A stretch of 56,150 nt of DNA, counting the filler, from Dugesia japonica (taxonomy: Eukaryota), in assembly GCA_001938525.1 (NCBI GenBank). It is 5 parts of 5 records of this genome, joined end to end, with 100 filler letters (N's around TTAATTAATTAA, not from the genome) between each part and the next. Parts side by side here need not be neighbours in the genome. Positions count along the whole stretch, not along the records: positions 1 to 14,183 come from MQRL01645419.1; 4 more parts are not named here. One strand, given 5' to 3'. The notes below the pieces were generated by a model, which searched no databases, was not told the DNA's origin, and was given only the letters and a program-made list of their open reading frames with translations. Both the position numbers and the translations under genes were made by a program. This document shows, piece by piece, positions 1-13,498 of the stretch. Each line of letters begins with the position of its first letter. Position 1 is the stretch's first letter.

Positions 1-268
1 ACTGATTTAATTATGATTTTTATCAATAACACCGAATGTCTTTTAAAATACCAAATTTAAAAAGAATTTTAATTGAAAATCATTTTGATTTCAAAATGAA
101 TTTTTTAATTTATAAAATTTTTCTTTACTTTATAATTTATAAATTTTAAAATTAGTTTATGTAAAAAATTTTCGTAGTTCAAAATAATATTACTATTAAA
201 TTATAAGTACTTTCATTAAATAAGACGATAATAATTTTATAATGTACTAATGAATTTCATCTTTTTAG

Positions 269-438
269 AAAACTGAATTTCATTTTAAGTGCCAGAGAAA
301 AAGAAAATACAACAACAAATCCAACGAAACATCCCATTAATGCGTTACATTTTTTGAGACGTATTGTTTATCACTTTAATCCACTTTTCAACAAAGTTTT
401 CACTACAAATATTTTACAGAAAAGAAATTTTTACCAAG
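269..438 (+). CDS. Prolyl 4-hydroxylase alpha-like gene, internal exon (P4Ha_N region)
   Basis: ttttag| acceptor and caag|gt donor. Translates KLNFILSARE...KHPINALHFLRRIVYHF, resembling the HPVNAFKLMKRL motif of P4H-alpha N-termini. Confidence 0.75.
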
Positions 439-675
439 GTTTGATTATAAAAATTATAAAAATATTTTCAGCGTTTATTTAAAATAAATAAAAATGTTTT
501 ATGAAAAATAAAAATTTAAATGTAGTCATATTTAAATAAAAGAATTTAACATGGAAAATTAAATAAGTCTCGTTTTTATATTTTAAAAAAACGTTAAAGA
601 TATTTTAATTTTATTTAAAAGTTTTTCGATTTAATTATTAATAATTAAAAAAATATTTATTAAATATATTTTCAG

Positions 676-1016
676 AATTAAGTGTTTTAATTGATAAATA
701 CATCAGACAATATTGCTTTTGTTGGCCAACAACTTATGATCTACAAAATGCAATTTCCGGTTTAGCAAGAATAATGAAAATTTATAAAATATCGAAAAAA
801 GAATTAACTAATGGCATAATATTCAACCGTACATCTGTAAATCCTTTACAACTCGATGAAATAATCGCACTTGCTCAAGAAGCTAATAGAAGAAGCTATT
901 ATCAAGATGTTTTGGAATTGGCAGATTTGTTGCTAAATGATCCAAAATATGAAATTAATAAAAATAAAAATCAAATGAAAAATTTAATTCGAATGAAAGC
1001 GTCTGCTTTATTTCAA
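676..1016 (+). CDS. Prolyl 4-hydroxylase alpha-like exon (P4Ha_N/TPR-like)
   Basis: ttttcag|...tttcaa|gtaa, phase-compatible with the previous exon. WPTTYDLQNAISGLARIMKIYKISKKELTNG aligns by eye to FPxxEDxxGAAxALxRLQDTYxLxxxxIxxG. Includes ORF 774..1049. Confidence 0.8.
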
Positions 1017-1061
1017 GTAAAATTTAATTNCTATTTTATTAATTATTAATTTGAATTCAAG

Positions 1062-1110
1062 ACTGACAAGAAAAAAGAAGCAATAGATTATCTTAAAAAA
1101 ATAATTCAGG
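1062..1110 (+). CDS. Prolyl 4-hydroxylase alpha-like micro-exon
   Basis: Follows a 45-nt intron 1017-1061 (gtaa...caag). Encodes TDKKKEAIDYLKKIIQ, a TPR-like helix. Donor g|gtaatt. Confidence 0.7.
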
Positions 1111-1439
1111 GTAATTTTTTTTATATTTCAAATTAAATTTCGTTTTATTGGAATTTGAAAACAAAAAAAAATTTATTTCCGACTTAAAAAAAATGAGAAT
1201 TTCAACAAGTTCTTTTTACAGATGTTTCTCTTTCGGGAAGTTTTGATTATTTTCTAATATTAAATAAGTCAGTAGATAGTGGCGCACTGTCACAGACTCC
1301 CCTTCCCCTGTTACATAAGAGGATTAATTTATACCTGTGTATTTAGTTGGGACTTTTTTATAACATCATATTAGTGAATATTGTATGTAAAATATATTTA
1401 AATATTAGATTTATTAAAAAAGATTTATTATTCTTTTTA

Positions 1440-1630
1440 TTATTATCATTATTATTATTATTATGATTATGATTATTATGATTATGATTATGATTATNNN
1501 NNNNNNNNNNNNNNNNNNNNNNNNNNNNNNNNNNNNNNNNNNNNNNNNNNNNNNNNNNNNNNNNNNNNNNNNNNNNNNNNNNNNNNNNNNNNNNNNNNNN
1601 NNNNNNNNNNNNNNNNNNNNNNNNNNNNNN

Positions 1631-1700
<70 letters not shown>
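1440..1700. repeat. (ATT)n microsatellite spanning a gap
   Basis: Direct reading. Confidence 0.95.
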
Positions 1701-3184
1701 TGTCCAACAGAAATATGCTGACATAATTTCTTTATAAAATTTTATCACCATTATCATTATTGTTTATCAAAATACACACTGTTAATATTTAATATCAAAA
1801 ACAAAACCAATTTCAATAAATTATTTTATTTTAAAATAAATAACAGAAAAATATTTCTTTGACTCTTGTATTTTTTTTCTTTAGATTCTCAAATTATTGT
1901 TTTCTTAAAACCGCAATTATATACATTTTTAAAAAAACTTCATTTAATTAATCATTTTATAATGGAGATAGGACATGCTGATATATATTTTTCTCGCCAA
2001 AAGTGCTTATTATCCAAATATGAAAATGTGCGTTTCTTGGTCGCAAATGTAAAGATTTGATGATCAATCGATCCAAAAGTCGATTGATACTAATTGATTA
2101 ATATTTCTACTCCATTATATGCATTGTAAAAGTTTTGATTATTGAATTTCATTATGGTTCAAACTGACTCCTCCAGACTTCCTTGTTGTTGTGGAATTTT
2201 TTATGTTCAAGCTATGTCAGCCCTAAAAATATCCATCCATATCTACGTTTGATATTTAAAGAGATCTATCTTATTTATTACATTACTAGATTAGAGAAGA
2301 TGTATCCAACAGACCATCTGACTTCATTTGCACTAAGAGTTGGAATTTATCCACTCCAGTAGATACAAGAAAAAACTAATTGTATCACCAGTAATAATAT
2401 CGAATTTGCATCAAAACTGTAGGCGATTCATTTCTAATTTTCCATATTTCAGTTGCTACATTTTCAACAGTGCATCCNNNNNNNNNNNNNNNNNNNNNNN
2501 NNNNNNNNNNNNNNNNNNNNNNNNNNNNNNNNNNNNNNNNNNNNNNNNNNNNNNNNNNNNNNNNNNNNNNNNNNNNNNNNNNNNNNNNNNNNNNNNNNNN
2601 NNNNNNNNNNNNNNNNNNNNNNNNNNNNNNNNNNNNNNNNNNNNNNNNNNNNNNNNNNNNNNNNNNNNNNNNNNNNNNNNNNNAGTGCCACATATGCTCA
2701 TTGTGCGATACAATATTTTTTAATAGTTTGAGCTTTTCAGAATTAATTAATTTTTAGGATTATAATTTTAAATTAGTGTATTAAATGTTTATTAAAAATT
2801 CTGTTGTTTGAATATTAGGCAGTTTTTGAGTTTGGTTAAAAATTTATTTGCAAATTATTTTCAGGAACTATTTTAGGAATTATCTATTTATTTGTATTGA
2901 TTTTTTGTATTTATTTGTAAAGTAAGATTTTTATATTGTTAACTTAAATGTTCGTAAATTTTTTATTACAGCGGAAGAATTCACTTTTATTGACAATTCC
3001 TATTGAAATTCATTCAAATAAACGCGTTAACGTTAGTAACTACGCATTGGAATACTAAGGATTTAATTTAAAAATCAAGTATCAATATTGAAATCAATAT
3101 TTTATGTCTAATGGATAGTGTTATATTAATTTAATATCCAGAAACAANNNNNNNNNNNNNNNNNNNNNNNNNNNNNNNNNNNNN

Positions 3185-3965
3185 GGCGCATGAGTAGACA
3201 AAGATTCGGTATGCTTTTATTTTCTGCGTGATAAAGAAAATCAACTTGCAAAGTGTAAGAGATAAATCACATGGTGGCAGTACCAGTGGACTCCATACAC
3301 ATCTAAGAATAAACCATAAAATCAACTTTCTAAAGAGAAAATTGCCCCAAGACGCAGCATCGTCATTGGCTTCGTTGCCATCAGCCAAAAGTCCCAAACC
3401 TCTGATCATCAATTTTTTCAAAAATTTACATGACAAATCGTTGCCAGCAGTTTTCTCTGGATTGACCGCCCTTCCCGGTCTGTCATTTAGCGAATTTGTC
3501 ACATCAGCTGAATTGAGAACATTGATAGAAGTACGTGGGTTTGCTGTTCCAAAATTAGCGACGACAATTCAAAATTTGGTAGTCAAATACGCAAACATAA
3601 TCAGAGAGACGATGTTCACTCTTCTCTAATCGCAAGAAATGGGATTCATTTTGACATTTGATGAGTGAAAGTCAATTAAAAATCGCAGATATTTAAATGT
3701 AAACGTTCACATTGAGGACGAATTTTGGAGCCTTGGATTAGCTAGAGTTGTTGGTTCATTGCTTGCTAAAAAATGCAGTTTTCGAAGAAAGAGAAACTCG
3801 TGGAACATATTTGCAAAACTCCTAAGAATACTTGAAAACTGTGAAGCCAACAAGTGTCAAATTGGAGCGTGGTTTTTCTGCAAGTGGCAACATTGTCACC
3901 AAATTACGATAATCTCTTGAGGATGACACTCTGAATGACCTTTGTTTCTTATTTCAGTGTCATTT
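3185..3965 (+). mobile_element. Internally deleted, decayed hAT transposase
   Basis: BED-finger end GGSTSGLHTHL, catalytic-region LTFDE*KSIKNRRYLNVNVH, and dimerization motif KPTSVKLERGFSASGNIVTKLR*SLEDDTLNDLCF. Confidence 0.85.
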
Positions 3966-5260
3966 GCAAGGAAAATAACTGCAGACACATCTATGGCAGA
4001 TCTACGGAAAAAATGATGCTCGATGCACAAGAAACTGCAACATGAGGTGAAAGAGCTGCAGAGAAAAAATATGCTACTCCGGTAAAAGAACACCCGATGA
4101 CAAGAAAGAGATCTTGTACTTTCACAAACATGCCGCATGATGGCAAACATTAAAAAATCGAATGCCTATCCAGAGTGTGCTGATTGCAACAGTACGGACG
4201 TTAACAGAGAAACCGAGGAAGGAGAAGGAGATACTGAAGGAAAGAGCAAAAGAAATAATCGATCTGGACGAATAAGGAATTGTTTATGTTTTTTGTAAAT
4301 AACAATCTTATTATCTAAAGTTGTTCGAGTGTTGTCACTGTATAGATTTATAAAAATGACCAATTCTCAGTGCAAAATAAATATTAATTGTGAAAAAAAC
4401 TTTGCTATAGTAATAATGGTTGAATGGAAAGGAATTAGTTTTTAAATGACGGGTATGTAAGCCTAACGTCTACCAATCAATTTTTAAAGCCAATGGATGA
4501 CTCCAAATCAATCAACCTGTCTTTACTATGGAATTAGGAACATTGATAAACAATCTAGTAGATTTTCCAGGTTATTTATATGATCTGGAATGATCTTCAT
4601 TAACAAACATTTTGCTGATTTTTGTTTGAATAAGATAAATAAATATCTGATGAAATTAGATACTTTGATAAACTAATTTATTACGAAATATTGGTAGCTT
4701 GATAAACTGACAATTCCATTTTTCCAATTTGTTTATTTAATTTATATATTAGAATGTACTCTTGAATAAATAATTAATATTGTTACTTTATGGAATCCAT
4801 TGGTAAATTAATGAATTTTGTTTATTAACTGATATAGCAGTCATCTATTGACGAATCATTCGGCTTTATATTTTTTCTATATTAGTTAAAAGTTTGATAA
4901 TTTTTTGAGAAGGTTTCTCTACTCGTCTAGAGTATCATGTTTTTGAAATTTATTTTAATATTAGTTTAAAATTTTGCAAAATAATCTGTTATTATTCCAA
5001 GAAATCATTATTTTTATAATTAAATGATTTATTAATTTGCTTCTTACTTAATTTCTTCGTTACTATTAATATTTGGAATATTGAATTTCATTTAGATAAA
5101 TGATTTTGATTTTCTTCATAATGACTTATTTATTACTTATTGATTATAAATTGTTATTGATTGTCTTTCATTTAATTTCTTTTTTTTATTGCTATTTATT
5201 TATAGTTTTTCTAGATTCTTTGATATTTTTAAGTTTTTGATAAATTAATTTTTATTACAG

Positions 5261-5409
5261 ATAAACCATTCAATACACAATTATTAGAACGCGACATAAA
5301 ATATTATTTGGACAAGTCAAAAATAGTATCTGATGATGATGAAAAACAGGAATTAAAAGTTGAAAATTTTGATTATTTATGCAGAGAAAATTTTAATTCA
5401 TCAATTCAA
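5261..5409 (+). CDS. Prolyl 4-hydroxylase alpha-like exon
   Basis: ttacag|...caa|gtaaat, phase 1 in. Encodes LERDIKYYLD...FDYLCRE, similar to the NLKYFE...YEMLCRG motifs. Confidence 0.75.
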
Positions 5410-5450
5410 GTAAATTTTGTTGACAAACTATTTATTTCATTATTTTTCAG

Positions 5451-5600
5451 AACAGTCTTCGTTGTTTTTATAGAAGAATTCAAAGAGGGTGGGACAGAGC
5501 TAAAATCGAATTATTAAATGTGAACCCACCAATTTATAAATATTATGGTGTAATAGATGATGCAAAAATTCATGAAATTTTCAATTTAATAAAAATTGCG
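5451..5600 (+). CDS. Prolyl 4-hydroxylase alpha-like exon (start of catalytic domain region)
   Basis: Follows a 41-nt intron 5410-5450. LRCFY...AKIELLNVNPPIYKYYGVIDDAKIHEI resembles LxCRY...KxExxxxxPxIxxFHDIISDxEI. Donor gcg|gtaaaa. Confidence 0.78.
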
Positions 5601-5649
5601 GTAAAAATTTTTATTGATTATTTTTCATAATATTTTTTTATTTGGTTTA

Positions 5650-7003
5650 TAGGGCTTGCAATACCGGACTAAATTTTTAAAATCTGTTTTTCGGGATTTC
5701 GTTTAATTAATACCGGAATCCCGGTATTAATACCGATATTTAAAATTACGCAAAAACAAAAATTACACTCCAAAAACTATTTAAAAAAGCAATAATACCT
5801 GTCCTGTTTTTTTGATTGAGGGCAGGTTCGAATCTTCAAAATAAAACAAAATTATACCTAAAAATATAAGATACTCCGTATTCTCAACATATACCCTCGT
5901 TGTGAAATTCCATGTAGTGATAGAAAAGATAACATCTGAAACACAATCTTAAGATTTAGCAAAACCACAGACTAGTACAGATATAACTCTCCTCTTGTTC
6001 CGCGTGTTGCTGCCTCCTTCGTATAGAGAAAGGAAAAATAAGGCACGGAATTGAAGGAAGATGGCGGTGTTCAAAGAGCCTCTTTGGCAATAATGTAAGA
6101 AATTTTACTGGGAGTATTTATTTTGGGATTCATATACCTCTTTCAAAATGTTTACTCGCTTTATATCATATTTCTTTGTATATTCCTAGTGCAGAAATTT
6201 CATGAAAACTTGAAATAAAAAGAGTGTGTGGTAAACCTTCAACAATATCTTCGTGAAACAAGACCATATTACTCTGGAAGAAATTACCCAAAACTAGTGA
6301 GTTTCGGTCATATTGTAGAACCATACTGAATTTTCATCGGCTGATTTGTCCTCAAAATTATAATTTTCCATGGCTAGAAAATAGCGCTTTAACTTNNNNN
6401 NNNNNNNNNNNNNNNNNNNNNNNNNNNNNNNNNNNNNNNNNNNNNNNNNNNNNNNNNNNNNNNNNNNNNNNNNNNNNNNNNNNNNNNNNNNNNNNNNNNN
6501 NNNNNNNNNNNNNNNNNNNNNNNNNNNNNNNNNNNNNNNNNNNNNNTTAGTCAGCAAAACAGTTAATTGTTTCACTTAATCTATCAATTGAAATAGAACA
6601 ACTCTTATGTGATTATGACTTATGATTGTTTTGTTTTTTTATAGTTTTATATCGTACTTTGTATACAATCTAATATAATTCTTTAAATTCTCTAAAACTT
6701 TAAATTTAAAAAAATTGCTTCAATATTGAAAATTTGTAAAGAAAACAAAATGATAAGTATGTGTCATTAAGTAAAACAAATCTCAAATTACACTTTCAAT
6801 TTTGAAATTTTAAAATTTCAAAATTGATTTTAAGCTGCAATTTTTCTAAAGTGCTAAATGCCACTAAACTTCTACGTAAATTTCTAAATTGCAATTAATC
6901 TTACAACACGACAATACAAGATAACACCTAAGCATATGCTAATTACTTAAAAATAATAAAGTAGTTGAATAAAAAAGTTATGAAAACTTAATTGCAAGCC
7001 CTA
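5650..7003. mobile_element. Non-autonomous hAT-type element
   Basis: Perfect 13-bp TIR TAGGGCTTGCAAT/ATTGCAAGCCCTA. Flanks TTGGTTTA/TTACTTTA match 6/8 (degenerate 8-bp TSD). Subterminal ATACCG/CCCGG motifs. Confidence 0.8.
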
Positions 7004-7399
7004 TTACTTTAGTTATGATTTAAGGGAAATTTAACTTTTGTGTAACATCTAGAACTTTTTTTTAAAAAGAAATTTATATGCATTGTCAAAATTAAATACT
7101 TCTAAAAATTTTTGATTTAAGTAGTTCTGTGTTCTAGTAATTTAAAGGTTATGATTTCGATAATTCTATATATTAAAATTCTGTAGACTTTTTCATTAAA
7201 TAAGTTATTTATTTTACTCAAATTGTTAAGGTATTAACTTTAAATAAAAGTAAAATCCAATAATTTCAATGTTAAAATATAGGAACTAATTATTGTATTT
7301 TATCAAAAAAAACGACCCGTTTTAATATATTGAGACAAACATAAGCTATCTTTCAAGCCAGAAAATCGTCACTAGATCGCAGAGTCCTGGTGTGACCAT

Positions 7400-8900
7400 C
7401 AAAGTACTGTAAAAACAAAACATAAAGAAAAAAAGATAGAAAGAAAGAGAAACAAGAAAATAAGTAACCCTAAGGATCCAAGTCAATTTCTGACTCGCTG
7501 TAATCATTGGCGTGGTTATCAACCTCAACCATATCAGTCTACTACGTTTGTCCATAACAGAATCGCCAGTTTTGTGGAAGACCAGTTGATACATTTTTTA
7601 ACACTACCAAAAACAAACTTATGAATAGTGTTAGCTTTTAGACCCGCATATTTGAGCACGTGTTCATTTTCTACACACCAAAATCTTACGCAACCAACTG
7701 AGATCGTCTCAAGAAAAACGGACCAATTTGATAAGTTCCGTTTAATGTCTTCCCGAAGTGGTGTGTATTTGGCATTATTCCTGTCCCTGTCAGCCTTGAT
7801 ATTGGTGTATTAATATCAATCAAAACAATCCTCCTTCTAGTTTTGTAAATTAGTGGAAGGTAAATGTGATNAGTCCTATTCACAAATTTACATGTCTGAT
7901 CGACAGTGACCCCGAAACTAGANTAGGCTTGGATTAAACAAGCGAGAAACTCAAGCACAACATTGTGTCACCCAGTTCGGAAGGCCGAGGTTGGATTACA
8001 ATCGAAAAAGACATGTGCTTGAGACTCATGGTGGAAAGTAGATTTTCTTTAAGCAATAGTTTTGTTACTAAGATTATACCCTACTGAAAGTGTGTAAGTG
8101 CGCGCTTTATGAATAAATCTCCATTTTTACATCGAAATAAACCCATTATAGACAGATCTATTGGAAATGGGAGAAGAGCCAACTACCACAGAAAGAGGGT
8201 TCAATTCAAAACGAGAGAGAGTTCCATTTTCTAGTGTGTTACCAGCTTATAAGATAATGAAGAAGCTTAGTCACGCATATTCTCTTTAAATGAAATAAGA
8301 TGGCTGCACCCTCCCGATAATCTGTCAACAATGTGGAAACAGACAGACAGACAGTGCGCTAATCTCAATATTAATGTTATTCCTAAGGTACGCAATCGCC
8401 GTTTGAATCTTAGACCACCAACACTTGTAATAAAAGTGGGGGTTGTTCTAATGTGTAGCCAATCAAGAGTCTCAATAAAAAAACAGATTTCTAGAGTGTT
8501 TGAGATATTTAGTAGCAGCATGAATAAGGTCATTGCTAGCAAAATCCCTAACAATGGTGTCCCCGTAGACCAGCCTTTTAAAGATTTGCATAATCGACTG
8601 AATTGAGTAATCATTCCAACCAACCATTTTAACGCGAGATATAGAGATAATTAGAAGGAATAGAGGAAGAAACATACAAGATGTTCCTAATGTTATATCT
8701 AATGCATTTGTCAAATCCTTTAGGTCTAGCAACAACCCGATTTTCTAACTCACTCGACCCAAATTTATCAACAGGTATGTTGAAATTCCTGAAATCAAAT
8801 GTAAACCTAGAGTGGATAAATATTCTGTATGCCTTGATTTTCTGCTAGGGATACAAAACAAAGTTAGATAACATCTCCAAGTCCATAATGGCTTTACCCA
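7400..8900 (-). mobile_element. Decayed 3' part of an RLE-type (R2-group: R2/NeSL/R5-like) non-LTR retrotransposon
   Basis: Minus strand reads HESQAHVFFDC...RTG*HNVVLEFL (CCHC remnant plus RHN), RIVLIDINTP, and NNAKYTPL...VFLETISVGCVRFW (restriction-like endonuclease motifs), with stops and frameshifts. Boundaries approximate. Confidence 0.75.
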
Positions 8901-9660
8901 GAATTTTCAAAGTGTCTAAAATTCAAAAAATAATAATTTTTTAAGTTTTAACAATTAATTTTCAATAAATGAATAAATCAATAAATAGATGAATAGATAG
9001 ACAGATTAATAGATTAGTTTACTAATAGACCAGATTACTATATTAGATTAACAGATTAGATTAATAGATATAGATATAAATATAGATATATCTAATCAGA
9101 TTTTCATTTGTCGAGCTATTTCGTGCATATTAAATACAGAATTAAGAATATCGTATAATCTGATTATAAAACTGCTCTTTTTGAGTTATATTTTAAGAAA
9201 ATAATTTTGAATTATAATGAGCGGATATGTTAATAATTTAGCAGCATTCTAAATTTTAATTTTAAGCGAATATTATTTAAATAATCATAAAAATTTAGAA
9301 GAGAAACCAACATCTATATCTACAGAGAAATGAAGTCAACACTAATGAAAATCTTTCTAAAGAAGAGTAAGATACAATTATAAATTTTTATGTAAACATT
9401 TCTTCATTAAACTTATAATTAATCAGTAATTATATAACTTGAGTTCTCTGAAAATAACAAAGTAAATTGTTAAATAATTTTCTTTTTCGAATTATTTAAA
9501 GCAATAAATACTTTTACAAGAGCTTATTTTTCTACAATTATTTAAGTTAAATCAAAAGTCTTAATTTCCATAACAAATTTATTCAATAAGTTCAAAATAT
9601 AACTAAATCTTAAAACNNNNNNNNNNNNNNNNNNNNNNNNNNNNNNNNNNNNNNNNNNNN

Positions 9661-10380
9661 CCCCCTCTTTCTAGAATCAGCATTTCTTTAACCATTCTAT
9701 TCTTCTAAATCTGGAACCTTGTGGAGTTTTTAACTGAACTTGGTGAGATGTTAGAAATTCAGTAATTTTACAAGGACTTTCTTAGAGTAAATCATTATTC
9801 TTCCGTTTTTGAGGGTCTTTCCTGACTAACACGTCTTCACCTACTTCGAATTTGCAACTAACACGATTTTTTCCTTGATTTATCATAGTCTGCGATGCTC
9901 GTTTAATATTATTGTAAGCTTTATTTATAATTTCGTCCTCTCCAAAGTTGTGTTTCTTATTTGTGTGAATATTTATCTTCCTTCTATAAATGATATTCAT
10001 AGGTGAGAACCCTGTTGACTTTGATACAGTACAATTGAATGCAAACTATTCTCTTAAAAAAATCTTATACCAAGATTTTTCCTCGATTCGTGCATTCATT
10101 GAAGTCACTATCAGATCTCGAACTGTTCTCATTGGTCGTTCAGCTAATCAATTAGATTTATGTTCATATGGAGACGTAAAGATCCATAACATATTAAGCT
10201 TACTAACTAGATTTTTTTTAATAATTTCGCTTTAAATACTTTACCATGGTCTGACACAATTTTTTGTGGTTTTCCAAATTTATAAATCCAGTGGTTTAGT
10301 ATTTCTCACTAAAATCGAAGTGTGGGGTGAAGCATTATCATGCTGTAACAACACTGTCTCATGTCTATTGTAATAAGTGT
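9661..10380 (-). mobile_element. Gypsy LTR retrotransposon integrase 3' fragment with polypurine tract
   Basis: SPYEHKSN*LAERPMRTVRD, STGFSP, FEVGEDVLVR. Purine tract AAAGAGGGGG at 9661-9670 on the minus strand. Confidence 0.85.
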
Positions 10381-10384
10381 TTCT

Positions 10385-12624
10385 TAAACGGAATCCCGGG
10401 GGTAAAATTGATAGCGGGATATCCCGGAATATAAGTAATATATCCCGGGAAACTAATTTTTTTGTTTAATTTAATTTCTTATATTTTTGGGTTTCCCTTT
10501 TTTATTTTGTTATTCAATTTTTTACATTTGACAAATAATTTTTTTGATTATGTAAGATAGTTTATTTATAAACATAAACGAGAATGCAGAGTTCATTGCA
10601 GTTTGAAACTTTGAAAAACTAGTAAGTCATTAATAGCTTATTGAATTTATTTGAAATAATTGTAAGTTAAATGTATAAATTTTACCGTATCAAAATCGAA
10701 ATGTAAGTAAGAACNNNNNNNNNNNNNNNNNNNNNNNNNNNNNNNNNNNNNNNNNNNNNNNNNNNNNNNNNNNNNNNNNNNNNNNNNNNNNNNNNNNNNN
10801 NNNNNNNNNNNNNNNNNNNNNNNNNAACTGTTATTATAATCATGTCGATAGTAAGTGGAGGATCAATGGTGAAACTGCCACTTGCAAAAAGTGCAATAAT
10901 AAGATAATGTGCAAAGGGTTTTTCACTGGCGGGCTCCTTCGTCATTTAAATGATGCCCACAAAGAATTGGGTGTTAAACGGGAAAAGGTTTAAAAAGTAG
11001 TTAGAATATCATCTTTTAAAAATGAAATCTTACAAAAGTATGTAAAATTAATATTCCACAAGGAACTTAAGTTGATATTGCATGTAAAAACAAGATGAAA
11101 CAGTCTTGTTGCGATGGGAGAGAGATTCCTTGTATTAAAAACATGTGTATTAAATGCAATGATCGATTTAAAGGAATCTCGATATTTTCAATGAGTAATG
11201 CAGTAATGAAGACAATAATAAAGTCGTTGCAGAAAATGAAATTGGATTAAAAAGGCTTGGAATAAGCAATTCTACTTTATTTGACGCAGAAGGCGTATTA
11301 ATATTGATCTTCAATGACTAAGCTAGTGAGAAAATTGGATTTCTACTAAAATGCTTCAATCTGTGCAGCAAAGAATTCAAGAACACAGAAATATAAATTT
11401 AGTTGGCTTAAAAATNNNNNNNNNNNNNNNNAAATTATCATTATAAATCGGAAGATATCAATTCCAAATTGGTCTTGCCCTCCAAATATGCATTACATGC
11501 AACAGCTAAAAAACTTTTCACTAGGCCATGAAATTGGATTAAAAAGGCTTGGAATAAGCAATTCTACTTTACTTGACGCAGAATTGCGATACTTCGGCAT
11601 ATAATTAAGTAATCAACGAGAGTCGTGGTAATGAAGACGACATTTCTTTGATACCTCAGCCATCTGTCTCAAGATCATTTATCGAAGTTGATTTAACACT
11701 TCATAAAAAAAATTGGATGCTGCTATTTGTAATGTCAAACGGGTGGTAGGTGAAACATTTATCCTAGGTAAGCATTACGATTTAAAAAACCTCACAAAGA
11801 AAATATATATTTTCGAGGCCACTGGAAAGCGTATTGAAAATTTAAATAATAGGTATTCAGCATTAATAACCATCAAACCAATATCGATTGAATCGGAAAG
11901 AGAGTTTTCTGCGGCGAGACTGTTTATCGCAAAAATTCGTTCAAAATTAAGCGATAAATCAAATGATGATTTGTGCTTTTTGAAACATTTCTTTAATTCA
12001 AAAAATAATTCAGAGTAAATGTCCTGGATTTTTTATGCTTATGTTAATGTGGTGGTCAAGACACCACAAGGATGTATATATATATTGTCTGTATTGAATT
12101 ATTGTCATATTTTTTTTATTGATATGTTGACGCCTTGATATATCAACTTTAATTGATTTTATCTCTATTTTTTAATTAGTTTAAATAAACTTTGAGAAAT
12201 TAAAAGTGTAAATAAAGTGGAATAATAATGCATGGTGGCAAACCGGACAAACAATAAAAGATATTTCAATAAGCAAGTAACTTTCAAAAGGTAATTTTTG
12301 AATTAAGAATATCGTATAATCCTATTATAAAACTGCTCTTTTTGAGTTATATTTTAGGAAAATAAGTCCCCGGGCTATGACAGTTATGAATTTCGAATTG
12401 TGATTTTTATTTATTTGTTTTATTTATTATTCTTTCAAAATCATATTTTATTAATTAATTATTTTCTACAGTTTCTTTTTGTGTAAATAAGTTATTATTA
12501 TTTCTAGAATACGTATTTGATTTAATGTTTTAAAATATTAATATTTTTCTCCGGAATCCCGGGATGAAACGATTTTTTATCGGGAATCCCGGGATTTTAA
12601 ATTTACGGGAAATGAAAAACCCTA
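10385..12624 (+). mobile_element. Decayed hAT transposon
   Basis: BED finger ATCKKCNNKIMCKGFFTGGLLRHL, LILHVKTR*NSL, and dimerization KPISIESEREFSAARLFIAKIRSKLSD (ORF 11713..12018). ATCCCGGG subterminal repeats at both ends; right terminus ...AAAACCCTA. Confidence 0.85.
12048..12248 (+). mobile_element. Putative short LTR with primer-binding-site-like sequence nested in the hAT
   Basis: Starts TGT, contains AATAAA, ends CA at 12232, and is followed immediately by TGGTGGCAAACCGGAC. Confidence 0.4.
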
Positions 12625-13498
12625 ATTGGAATAGTCTGGCCGTTTTTTGTGCATGCTTGCCTCAATTTTATCAATTGTTGTTGATACGTCGACCATCAAC
12701 CGTTTCACGTTTGTTCAGAAGCTCAAAATAAATATACCCCCTTTGATCCCAAAAAATGGATAACATCACCTTGTTTCCATGCAAGTCTCGTTTTGGTGTT
12801 GATTTTCCGGGTTGGCCAGGCTTCATCCATCATTTTCTCAGTTTCGGATTTTCACAAGAAATCCATTTTTCATCACAAGTAACAATGCGATGTAAAAAGA
12901 ACTTTTTCCTTTGCCTGCTGAGCAGCGTCTGACAAATGTATAATCGTTTTGCAATATCTGTTTCTTTCAATTGATGAATCAACCATTTAACGACTATCTG
13001 TTTGTATCCAATGGCTTTTAATCGTCTGCTTAAGGTAGATATATTTACATTAATGATTTCTGACATTTTTTCAATTGTTTTGGATCGATCTATGATCAAC
13101 ACCTTTTCCAAATCTTCATCTGAAAAGCGCTTTGGTTGACCTGGACGTTGTTTATCAACCATTTTGAATTGACAAAACCATTCTCGATAGTATGTTTCAG
13201 ACAGAGCATGGTTGTCGTAAGCTTCCAAAAGCATCCTATGGCTTTCTGCAGCACTTCTTTTGAGATGAAAACTAAAAAGAAAGGTCTCCCGCAAATGTCT
13301 GTTTTTTGGAATAAAACTAGTTATATTAAATGGATCGGTTTTCGTTTGCTGTACAACTTATCTAAATAATAGGCCATTATTTTAACATTTAAATATTAAT
13401 ATGTAGCAAATCTTACCGATTGATTTAAATAATCGCTGAAATATTAAATAAGTTAGTTATTTAAAACAAACAGCAAGAATTAATGCAACTACGTAATA
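12625..13498 (-). mobile_element. Mariner (Mos1-like) transposon, 3'-truncated
   Basis: ORF 12830..13294 has the HTH SAAESHRML...REWFCQFK and FLHRIVTCDEKWI, continuing KVMLSIFWDQRG. TA-TTACGTAGTTGCATTAATT TIR-like end. Confidence 0.9.

Noticed and set aside
1414-1726. Poly-Ile, poly-Leu and poly-Tyr ORFs here and at 19477, 41472 and 50307
   Set aside because: Translations of microsatellites and N gaps.
2058-2098. Hairpin ATCAATCGA...TCGATTGAT preceded by TGATGA as a hammerhead
   Set aside because: Lacks the core C and GAAA and has no convincing stem I.
2140-2480. Moderately GC-rich stretch as a gene
   Set aside because: The frames examined contained stops and no motif was recognised.
9140-9205. 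About 65-bp sequence repeated at about 12301-12365 as a paired LTR
   Set aside because: No TG...CA ends or TSD; more likely fragments of a dispersed repeat.
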